This document shows, in pieces, positions 1-11,200 of a stretch of 64,000 nucleotides of DNA. Each line of letters starts with the position of its first letter. The stretch's first letter is position 1. The notes beneath the pieces are model-generated. The model saw only the letters and a program-made list of their open reading frames with translations, was not told where the DNA came from and did not search any database. Source of the stretch: Raja brachyura (lineage: Eukaryota); the NCBI GenBank assembly GCA_963514005.1, contig OY740808.1, positions 14,384,001 through 14,448,000 of the forward strand. The letters run 5' to 3'. Both the position numbers and the translations under genes were made by a program.

Positions 1-56
1 CCATTGACAGAGCTTGAATTGGTTGTAATTTCCAACAGATCTAATGTAGGAAAAAA

Positions 57-218
57 AGACACAAAGTGCTGGAATAACTCAGCGGGTCAGGCAGCATCTC
101 TGGAGAACATGGATCGGTGATTTAAAATTGTCTGAAGAAGGGTCCTGACTCGAAATATCACCTATCCATGTCATCCAGAGATGCTGCCTGCCTGTGTTAC
201 TCCAGTATTTTGTGTCCT
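57..218. repeat. Penelope-terminus-derived fold-back element; related copies at about 2215-2350, 9800-9940, 15300-15435, 18960-19030, 33845-33955, 36570-36645, 41225-41345, 46560-46765, 57470-57585, 62490-62610, 63230-63360
   Basis: ACACAAARTGCTGGAGTAACTCAGC..GGCAGCATCTCTGGAG arms in inverted arrangement around CTGAAGAAGGGTC..CCGAAA; same sequence as the Penelope terminus at 58860-58995. Confidence 0.8.
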
Positions 219-1859
219 TTCAAGCTCTTTGATAGTTTTGACAGCCTGAGGTCAATCAAATTAGATCAAGTAGAACAAGTTGTCCTACAACTTTAGGCTG
301 TACACACCATATGCAAGAGGAAGAAGAAGAAGAAGACAGCCTGGGGGTGCAGTTTAACCAAGCCTCAAAGTGTTAGATTCAATCAACGTTCTCAGCAAAG
401 ATACTAGAGGGTGTGTTAGAGTATGGTTAAACCAGCTCTCAAAGCATTTCTGGAGGATTGGCTTAACTTGCTATCAAATCAATGCCAGGGTTAGAAAAGG
501 AAAGCTGTCGCCCCAGTAATTCCCTCCTAAAAAAGGAACTGCCTATTTTAGCTTTGTTTATTATTATTATTGGCACATGTACAAGTACAAGGCTTTTGTT
601 TGTGTGCTGTCCAGTCAGAGGAAAGACTATACATGAAAACAGATAAGCTGTCCAGAGTGTACAGATAAAGGGTACCAACATTCAGTGCAAGATATAATTG
701 AAATGTAGTTGAAGTTGCTGTTAATTTGTTCTCATTAAGTACGAACCTAGGTCATGGGGGAGTTGCAAATATCTCATTGTTCATTGATGTTGTATGCTAT
801 GCACCATTTTTCTAATGAAAGTGTTTTGATCACTGGATCCCTTTCCATCGACTGTTTATTGACTGGAAGGGTAGCTACAGATTGCCTGTAAAACAAGGTG
901 ATATATTCCAAGCACATTACCTGAATAAAGTCAAGTCAAAGTCAAACAAACTTTATTGTCATTTAGAAATACATTGATATATGCAGTTCCAAACGAAATT
1001 ACGTTGCATTTGGCTCCCTGTGCAACACAATAAATAAATTAACCGAAGGATAGGCATGAATGAAAAGGATAAATAGACAATGGTGGCAGCCCATTACATG
1101 GCATTCAGGAGTCTGATGGCTCCTCTTCTCTTATGCATTCTCTTCTCTGATGGCTCCATAAGCATTCTCTTATGTTGACATCCCAACCAAATTTTATTTT
1201 AATTACAGCTACTCATTTCCTGGTTATGTGGATATTTTATTTTGGAATAACTATAATTAATAGCTTGTCTTTTCATAGCCCAATGACCCAATAGTCTAAC
1301 ACTAAAAGTCGTCAACATCCCAAATCACTCGACCCTACCTACATATTGTACACACTATGTTTAAAAAAAAACCTACAGTAAGTAGAAATAGCTTTAATGA
1401 CAAAATGCAGCATGTAACATTTGTATCTAATAGAATAATTTATCCAATCTATTCTTAGTATTAGAATAAATAAATAAGAGTTAAGTAAGAGGTAAGAGAT
1501 ATATAGCCAACTGTATGCTATATGGCGTAGAGAGCCTACTCATTTGGTGGGGTGGGAACAACTTGGGTGGGCGCAAAAGAGCCTTAGGAGAAAGACGTCC
1601 TTGTATCCTTGACAATATTTCTCCTTAAAAGCACAAAGGGAATGTCTTTTCATGTGCAATTTGTTGTTTATGGAAACTTGCAATGCGCATTGTGCTGCTA
1701 ACTTTCCTATATGGAAAATAAAAGCCAGGCGTCGGGAAAACAACGTGTATACATGCGAGCTCGCCAGTGGAAACAGTGATCTGCTTGCATTTGCATTAAC
1801 AAAACACGGTAGTCATGCACGAATCGCTGCAAATTGAACGGAAAATATTAGGCGTTAAT

Positions 1860-2200
1860 CTGCCCCGACTGTGGGCGGTCCCGACCCGGAACGTTCCCAC
1901 GCCTCCTGTTCGTCCGGGGAGCGGACTCGGTCGCCACCCGGAGCGGTTGCTAAGGCGCGGTCCGTTCCGGTGACGGGCCGGATGTGTGCGTGTTACTGGT
2001 GGGGAAATGGCGAACTCGGGGGCGGCGGCGGCCGGTGCGGACAGAGGCCCCGGTCCCGGTCCCGGCCCCGGCTCCGGCTCAGGCTCCGGCTCCGGCCGCA
2101 CCTCCGGGGAGAACACGAGCCAGGACAGCACGTTCGAGTGCAACATCTGCTTGGACACGGCCAAGGACGCGGTGATCAGTCTCTGCGGTCACCTTTTCTG
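1860..2200 (+). promoter_or_regulatory. CpG island / TATA-less promoter of RNF185
   Basis: CpG-dense; GC box GGGCGG at 1873; ETS-like CCGGAA at 1886 and TTCCGG at 1965; YY1-like AAATGGCG over the ATG. Confidence 0.75.
2007..2200 (+). CDS. RNF185: RNF185 coding exon 1 (GP/GS-rich N-terminus and first half of RING)
   Basis: GGAAATGG strong Kozak; [10 protein letters not shown]...[22 protein letters not shown]; donor TG|GTGAGG at 2201. Confidence 0.95.
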
Positions 2201-5200
2201 GTGAGGAGTAGACACAGGGAACTGCAGATATGCTGGAATATTGAGCCAAGCACAAAGTCTTGGAGTAACGCAGCGGGTCCGGTAACATCTGCGGGGAAGG
2301 TTCTCCGGAGATACAGCTTAACCCGAGTTACTCCCAGCACTTTTGTGTTTTTGTTCTGGTGAGGTGAGTGTGGGTGGATGATTGGGGAGCGTGGATAGGT
2401 GAGGAACAAGAGATGAGGGAAGGTGGGTGAGTAAGCAGTAGGAGATGAGGGAGGGTGAGGAGGTAAGCGTGGATGGTTGAAGTGCACGGATGGGGATTTT
2501 GAGGCAAGTGAGGAGAATGATTGGCGCAGGAGAAAGGAAGGTGGAGGCTAAGCTGTGCTGAAGGAGTGAGTGTGAAGGAAGAGAATGGGGTGAAAAGTGG
2601 ATCTGGGGAACAATGGTAGACACAAAATGCTGGAGTAACTCAGCGGAAACAATGTTTGTGGGAGAGTGGACCTGAGCGATCTCAGGAGTGTTATTGTCAT
2701 ATGTCCCAAACGGAACAATGAAATTCTTACTTGCAGCAGCACAACAGGATATGTAAACTGTAAACAATATTATAAACAAAAACGTTTATATATACATTTT
2801 TGTTATTGTATACACACACAACAAACAATAATAGTACAAATACAAAATGGGTAATGGATGGTGGAGAACAGAGTAGATCGGATGGGGTGGCATAGGGTGG
2901 TTGTGGGAGGTGCTGAAGGGACATTTACTATTTCTAATATGCTAACCTGTAATTTATTTTTGTTTTTGCTGAAATCCATGGATATCTACAGCTGGCCTTG
3001 TTTACATCAGGTACATTTCTGTTGGTTTCATTTTCTTCGCTCTAATTGTAAGGATTCAGAAGGCTGGGGTGGATTAGCCATTAAGTTGCTTGTTGGTTCC
3101 AGTGAATGCATATGTTAAAATTCAGCCACTGGCTGTTGAACTGAGCCTCAGTGGTGGTAATGAAGGGAATGGGCGACAGAAATTCAAGCACTTCATCTAG
3201 GGGAGGGTTAAACATTATTAGAGGTGTTATCTATTAGAGAAGATCAGGACAATCTTGTTGGTTCCCTTCAGTAGATGGCCCATTGTCTACAAGGCACAAG
3301 TCATGAACAAGGTGGGATATTCTCCATTTGTCTGCAGCTCCAGTCAGGAATTTCAATGCCATTCGGTGCAAAGCAGCCTGCAGGTTTGGCACCCATCCAC
3401 ACACAGATAATTCCCCTTAACTCCACAGCCACAGTGCACGTGGGTACCACCTAGAAATGAACTGGAGTTATTCACTCGGGCTATTCCGACAACATTTCCC
3501 AAAGCCGAGAACTACCAAGAAGAAGAAGAAAGGTTTTGGGTGCAAGGAGCTTCCCCATTTGCAGATTCCCTTCAAAGTTGCAAATCATCCTAATCAAGAA
3601 ATATATCAGCGAAACCTTGATGCTGAATATCAGAAACATTGATGCTGCAAGCCAGTCCTTGCCTGGAAGTTCTCCTAGTTTTCTTGTCACATGAAGGCAA
3701 AGAATGTTTTATTTTCTGAACATTTATAAATGGAACTTAACATTCTGCTCTTTTAGTTTAGAGATACAGCGCGGAAACAGGCCCTTCGGCGCACTGGATC
3801 CGCGCCGACCAGCGATCCCCGCACATTAACACTATCCTACACCCACCAGGGACAATTTTTCAATATACCAAGCCAATTAACCTACAAACCTGTACGTCTA
3901 TTATCGGCAATCACAGATAGTGAATAACAAATTTGCAACTATCCACTTTGGTAAACAATCAACTTTTGCAAAAGTGAGAATAGTAAACTTTGAAATGCAT
4001 CAAATGCTTGCTTTTAAATCTCTATAATTTATTAGACTTTTTGTGTAACCTCTTCAAGTTTTCTGAGGACTCTGTGATCAATTCATTTCTGTGGCACATC
4101 TTCAAATTTAATGATGACACCAATCCCTTGACTCTCCCTTTGGATTTTTCCTCCCAAAACACTCTGCATCTTGCCTCTCATTTTAAAGTGCTCCTTAAAA
4201 TCTATTCCTGTGGTCACGCTTTCCATCAACCGTCCTTAACAGCTCCTTATGTGGCTTGGAGTCAGGTTATGTTTGATGATGTCCCAGTGAGACGTTTGAT
4301 GCTTGATTGCATTAATGATGCAAAAACAGTGCAAGTCTCTCTTGTTGCCCTTGCAAGTAAAATGCAGAAACTTGGTGCTCAGGTGTAGCATGTAATTTGA
4401 AAGATAAATGGCACATTCATTTTAATATTGCAAAGGAAATGTTATTGCATTTTTAATTGAAACAGCATTTTATTTGAAATTTCACTTGGTTCACCGTGAG
4501 GAAAGGCTTTGAGGAGTTGGGAGTGAGTCATTTGCTGCAGATGCATAACAACTGACTTTCAATTGGAACCATGGTATTTTGGGTATACAGCTGCTCTCTC
4601 GCTTTAACAGCATACTCTAAATTATATTATTTAAGTTTATTTAATTTGCCTTTAAATTATCATTAACAGAAAGCATGTGATGTTTGTGTTCTGACAGTGG
4701 TTGGAGACCAGACCTAATCGACAGGTTTGCCCTGTCTGCAAAGCAGGCATCAGTCGAGACAAAGTCATTCCCCTTTATGGAAGAGGAAGCACTTGTCAGC
4801 AGGATCCCAGGTGAGCAAAGCAAATCCATTGCAACTTGCCTCTAGTTGAGGAACTGCACTAGTGGCTGCAGCATTCCCTACACTTCACAGTGATCTTTGT
4901 GTAGAAATCAGATCACAGGGAAAACTCTGGTAATGAGCGGGTGATTAGTTATGATATTTAACTTGGATTTTAAGTTGAGTAAAGTTAACGTGAGTTTCCG
5001 ATTCATTAGTAAATACTGTAATTGTTACTTGAAAAGCGGGCTGTGCAACACGTATAATTTGATTGTGGGTGAAGCAAAATACTTCATAACTTGGGAGGTT
5101 GCTAGACCATCCACCTCCCACCCTTGACCATCTGCAGTGGTGGTATGGCTCTTTAAATCATGCCTTAATTTATCCTTCTGTTTTGACCGTTTCATCCTGT

Positions 5201-8200
5201 TCCACCCTTCTTACATTTCTTATACTTGAGTAGGCTGTAGAATACAATAAAAAAAATAAAAAATAAAAATTATTGAGGTCCCTTCACCACTTTCTTTCTG
5301 TGTGACCGCTTAATTGAACAAAAATAACAAAAAAATGATTATTGCTGATGTTGGACATCTAAAATAAAACAATGCAATGTTAGAAAAATTGGCCAAAAAA
5401 TGCTTCTATTTGCACAGACGTTGTCCTTGTTGATTTCAATGGTTAAATGGTGCTTTATTGTCAGATACTCTGTTTTTCACACAGAGAGTGGTGGGTCTCT
5501 GGAACTCTCTGCCACAGAGGGTAGTTGAGGCCAGTTCATTGGCTATATTTAAGAGGGAGTTAGATGTGGCCCTTGTGGCTAAGGGGATCAGAGGGTATGG
5601 AGAGAAGGCAGGTACGGGATACTGAGTTGGATGATCAGCCATGATCATATTGAATGGCGGTGCAGGCTCAAAGGGCCGAATGGCCTACTCCTGCACCTAA
5701 TTTCTATGTTTCTATGATATGCAAAACACAATCAGATTCTTTTTTGAGTGCCATTTGGTGCCATTTTCAAAGTCTGTTCCGTGCACTAGGTCAGGTGTGG
5801 CGCCTCATTCAGTCGACCCCCAAGCTTCTGCAGGGCCTCCAGCCATTGCGTTCGTCTGGATCATTCAAAGAATCGATGTCACTCTCTTCACCCAGCTACC
5901 TTTTTGCCCCGGGGGTGCCTCCCGCAGCCGACCCTAAGGGAACGGAAGATACGACCCTGGTTCACTTCCGTGCCGGCCTTGCTACTCACGACTGTTGTCA
6001 CCGGCCACCTCTTTGTTTCTCCAGTCTTTGGGGGACGAGCAGGGGCACCGCTTGGCAGATTCTCTCCCCACCCCCCTCCCTACAGGCAGGCCGTAGCCCA
6101 CCAGGTCTTTCTGCCTCCAGCCGTGGGTTCGCCTAACTGCCGGTCATAACAATATTATTTATGGTCATTACGTGTTGGCGTAGGGGTGGTGTTGTGGCAT
6201 GGGTGGGTGTAGCCAGGAGGGTCTGATTGCCACCACTCACCAAATATCAGCGATTAATTCCACTTCCCCAGTTATTTTAGGCGCTCAAGTTGGATATTTT
6301 TAAATGTGGTCATGTTTTTTACTTCTGTGACTTGCTGCAGACAACACTTGCAATTTGATCACACCTTGGATGGTCAGCCCGATACTTCACCTCCTCCCCT
6401 TGACTATCTCTGTGTTGGTGCTTGTCTCAACTCGCTTCCAATTCTTCCATGGATTAACTCGAGCCAGTCTCCAGGTTGCTGATATTTTTAATGAAAATTG
6501 GTCTTTCCTGTTTGTCCTTTCTGTGCATGTCACATTTCTACACAACTCAATTACATCTCCCTTCAGCTTTGTTCCAAACCCAATTGTCACAATAGCCTCC
6601 CCCAACTATAGTTCTCCAGCCTTGTCAGTCTCCTTGTAAATGTTCCGTGCTATCACATCCTTCCTCAGTATGATGACTAGAACGGTACATACTGTGACCT
6701 AACTAATAATACATGCGCTTCTAGCATGACCCTGCTCTTGTATTCTGTGCCTTGACCAGTTGAAGCAAGTATTTTGTCTGACATCATAACCATGTTATCC
6801 AGTTGTCCTGCTTCCTTCAGGAATTTGTCGATACATCTGTTCCTCAGCAATTTGTATTAAAGCAATTATTGTGCATTTCTATGTCTGATTTGCTCTCCCA
6901 AAACACATTTACCAATAATCCTCATAACGGACCATTGAGGGAGGGAGGGGTCCATTATTGCCATTTGTCCACTATAGAAACATAGAAATTAGGAGCAGGA
7001 GTAGGCCATTCGGCCCTTCGAGCCTGCACCGCCATTCAATATGATCATGGCTGATCATCCAACTCAGTATTCCGTACCTGCCTTCTCTCCATACCCTCTG
7101 ATCCCCTTAGCCACAAGGGCCACATCTAACTCCCTCTTAAATATAGCCAATGAACTGGCCTCAACTACCCTCTGTGGCAGAGAGTTCCAGAGAGCCACCA
7201 CTCTCTGTGTGAAAAAAGTCCTTCTCATCTTGGTCCTAAAGGATTTCCCGCTTATCCTTAAGCTGTGACCCCTTGTCCTGGACCTCCCCAACATCGGGAA
7301 CAATCTTCCTGCATCTAGCCTGTCCAACCCCTTAAGAATTTTGTAAGTTTAACTATAACTGAGTAATCTCTGGGGTGGTTTTGGAAGGTTGTGGCAGATC
7401 CTCAAAACCGACGCTCACGGCAGAAACAGGAGAAGCTCAATTCGATAAGGTGTGGCGGGCCGAGCCACTTTGGTCCCTAACTGTCGTTTGTCGAGCTCGA
7501 GAACTCGCGTGGAGCTGGCGTGATCTGGGCCGACCAATCCACGCCGACCTGGGTGGTCAGCTGGCCGGGTGCCGTGGACGACGGAGCTAGTCTTCACTTC
7601 ACGGTCAACACGTTAACACACGCACCTTGCTCTTTTGTACATATTGTTGATCTGTGTCATTTAAATATTAAACTGAGTGTTTATACAACCTCTTCAGTGG
7701 TGACCCCGACAATCCAAAACGGCCTTGTTTGGATTTCATCATGCCTGGAAGAGACAACCCAGATCAGCAGAACGCAGTTTCACTCGAGCTGCCCACCTTC
7801 TGGACGTCACAGCCCCAAGTGTGGTTTGAACAAACCAAAGCCCAATTCCACATCCGCCAGATAACTGCCGATGTCACCAAGTACTACTATGTGGTCAGTG
7901 CGCTGGACCAGGAAACCGCTGGGCACCACATCGATTACCTTCTTGGCCGATTTACCTGACATCATTAATCCCCAGTTCACAACGGCCAGCCCCAAGCATG
8001 GTGTGAAGCACCATATCCCCACAACCAGACCCCCACTCCATGCACGTGCACGCTTGCTGCCCCCCGACAAGCTCTAACTGGCCAAAGACAAGTTCCTCAA
8101 GATGGAGGAAATGGGCATAGTGCGCCTCTCAGACAGCCGGTGGGCACCCCCGCTTCACATGGTCCCAAAAGTGTCTGGGGGCTGGAGACCCTGTGGGCAC

Positions 8201-11200
8201 TACCGCCATCTCAACGAGGTCACAACACATCCAGCATATCACAGCAGACCTGGACGGTGACAAGGTATTTTCCACGATTGACCTGCTTGATTGGCTACCA
8301 TCAGATTTCCGGTCCACCCAGATGACATCCCTGTTCGGGCTCTTTGAGTTCCTGCTCATGCCTTTTCGGCTTCAAGCTTTCCAATGGCTCATGGACATAG
8401 TGGGCCCCGGGCTGGACCTCGTGTTCATCTACCTCGACGACATCCTCGTCGCTAGCCGCTCTCGCCAGGAACACCGCGCATAGCTCCGGCAACTCTGCCA
8501 GAGGCACAACGAGCATGGCCTGGCCATCAATCTTGCCAAGTGTCAGTTTGGCCTCACTCCCATCAACTTCCTCGGTCACCACATCAACCAACACGGAGCA
8601 ATCCCGCTCCCGACCAAGGTCGAGGCCATTCACAAGTTTGCCAAACCCTCTACTATGAAGGGACTCCAAGAGTTTGTCGGCATGGTCATCTTTTACCACC
8701 ACTTCATGCCAGCAGCCGCCAGAATCATGCAACTGCTGTTCAAGGCCCTGGACAACATGCCGAAAGAGCTCATTTGGAATGACACGACCGCGTTCGACAA
8801 TGCCAAAGAGGCACTGGCAAAGGCAACGATGCTTGTACATCCACGGGTCAACGCACCAACAGCTCTCACGGTCGGCGCGGAGTGCTAGAGCTCCTCGCCC
8901 TCTACCTGGCCATCCGACATTTCCGCTACTTTCTCGATGGCAGTGATTTCACAGCTTTCACCGACCACAAGCCACTCAAATTTACCTTTGCCAAAGTGTC
9001 TGACCCTTGGTCAGCCCGAGAGCAGCGACACCTGACCTACATCTCAGAATATACGACTTGTGTCCAGCACATCGTAGGGAAGAGCAACCAGGTCGCAGAT
9101 GCGTTGTCTCGCACTGCCATCAACGCTCTGGCCCCAAGTGTCGCCTCCACGGCTGTGGCGGCTGCTCAGCAAGAGGATGAAGAGATGCTTGCCTACCGCA
9201 CCACCATCTCAGGCCAGCTGTTGGAGGATGTGCGATTTGGGCCCGCTGACACACCACTCCTCTGCGACGTGTCTACGCGACAACCAAGACCCATCAACCC
9301 CGCTGCCTAATTGATGAGCTGTATCGTTTAAATATTGAACTGAGCGTTTATACAAACTCTTCAAAGGTAGTGTTCTTAGATTTAGCTTAGTTTAGAGAGA
9401 CAGCACAGAAATAGGCCCTTAAGCCCATCGAGTTCACACCGACCATTGATCACCCGTTCGCACTACCGCATAATGAAACTTTTGCGTGCAGTCCCGTCAC
9501 AGGGAGGTCATTAAAACGTGCGTGTCTTTGTTATGTGGGAGGAAACCGCAGCAGTCACGGCATCCAAAGTCAGGATGTAATTTGGAGGGGGGAGCTTGGA
9601 GACAATAGCTGCTTTGCTTTGCTGTGCTGCCCCACAAATGGACGAATCTCCTGACTCCTCAAGCCCCCAGATCCAAGAATGAACAGCGTTTCCCTGTCAC
9701 TCCCTACTCCGGGGGAGAGAGGCTATCCACCCACTTTAACATTAAAAGAAGATTAACCAACTCGAGTTCATCAAATTGGAAGCAAGCCCGAAATATTAAT
9801 TGGAGAAACTCAGCGGGCGAGGCAGCATCTGTGGAGAGAAGGAATTGCAGACTTTTCGGGTCGAGACCCTTCTTCAGACTCAAGAAGTCTGAAGAAGGGT
9901 CTCAAGACTCAAGAAGTCTGAAGGAGGGTCTCAAGACTTTAGAGTAGTCGATGTATTGATTAGTGCATCTTTGGGATGTGAGTAAGGGTAGGTTGCTCAG
10001 AGTAGGTGATTAGACATTGTTTTTAGAAGTGGCTATTGATTGTACGTGAGACGAGTAATATTCATGCCAAAGGCCAACCCAAGCTTGAATATTTTCCTAC
10101 TGTTGCTTTGTGGAGGCATTTGTGCTTTATTTTCTGAGGAGTTACAAATAAACTCAACATTCTGTGATTATGTGCATCACAGATGATGATAGAGCCCTTC
10201 ACAGACAATAGAATGTGCATTGTCCATTGCTTGTGCTTTCTCCCACTTAAGCTTCAATTATTATGCTTCAGTTATTATGTTTCAATTTGTATCTGTAAGA
10301 TTTTGTTCCCCTGAACAAAATCCAACTTGCTATTTTCCCTTAGATCCCGTGAACTCGTACTTGCTTCTTCAATCTGCCATGTGGAACTTTCCAAACACCT
10401 TGGTAAAAATCATTACGTGCTACATCAAATTCTCCACCTCATCAACAGTGAGCCAGTTTGGGATTGAATCTGTCACTTCTTTTGGATCTCGGGGGCATTT
10501 TTATCCAGCTTGCCATGTGGGGTCTTTTCAATAAGCAATAGACAATAGGTGCAGGAGAAGGCCATTTGGCCCTTCGAGCCAGCACCGCCATTCAATGTGA
10601 TCATGGCTGATCATCCACAATCAGTACCCTGTTCCTGCCTTCTCCCCATATCCCTTGACTCCGCTATCTTTAAGAGCTCTATCTAACTCAATTAAAAATG
10701 CAATTCGAATATATCATGCTCGCTGCCCTCATTGCCCCTCATTGATACGTCCTTAAAATTTAATTGAATGAATCAGACAAGATCTACCCATAACAAATCC
10801 AATCTAACTGTTCATGTTTAATCTGTGCCTTAGTATGGATTCCAGTAACTAGCTGCTACTAAATGTAAACAGAGAATGCATGAAGCAGGTCAGACTGCAC
10901 CAGTGGGGAGAAAAACAATCAACATTTTGTTTCAAGGACCCTTTATATGTACCAAAAAAAAGGGGGGGGATAAAGCATTCTTAAAATTGAGAGCAACAGA
11001 TGGCTGGTATGCTCTACTCTTCTGGTAAATATGGTATTGTTGTTCAATAAAGCGAGTAAGTGGTAAATCTAACTGTTACCACTTTGAGCTTTATTTTCCT
11101 GGATTACAAAGCCCCTTTGTTGTACTCTGATTTAGTTTAATATAATGGCCAACCATTTCATTTCAGAGAGAAAACTCCTCCAAGACCACAGGGACAGAGG

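Noticed and set aside
1796-2362. ORFs 1796-2164(-) and 1871-2362(+)
   Set aside because: Alternative frames of the GC-rich RNF185 first exon, read unspliced into the intron.
6120-6180. HDV-like ribozyme suggested by GGCGAA-CCCAC on the minus strand
   Set aside because: I could not find upstream strands to form P1, P2 or P3.
9880-9938. CRISPR-like or prokaryotic repeat array
   Set aside because: Only a two-unit 30-nt tandem duplication inside a Penelope-derived repeat in eukaryotic DNA; no spacers or cas genes.
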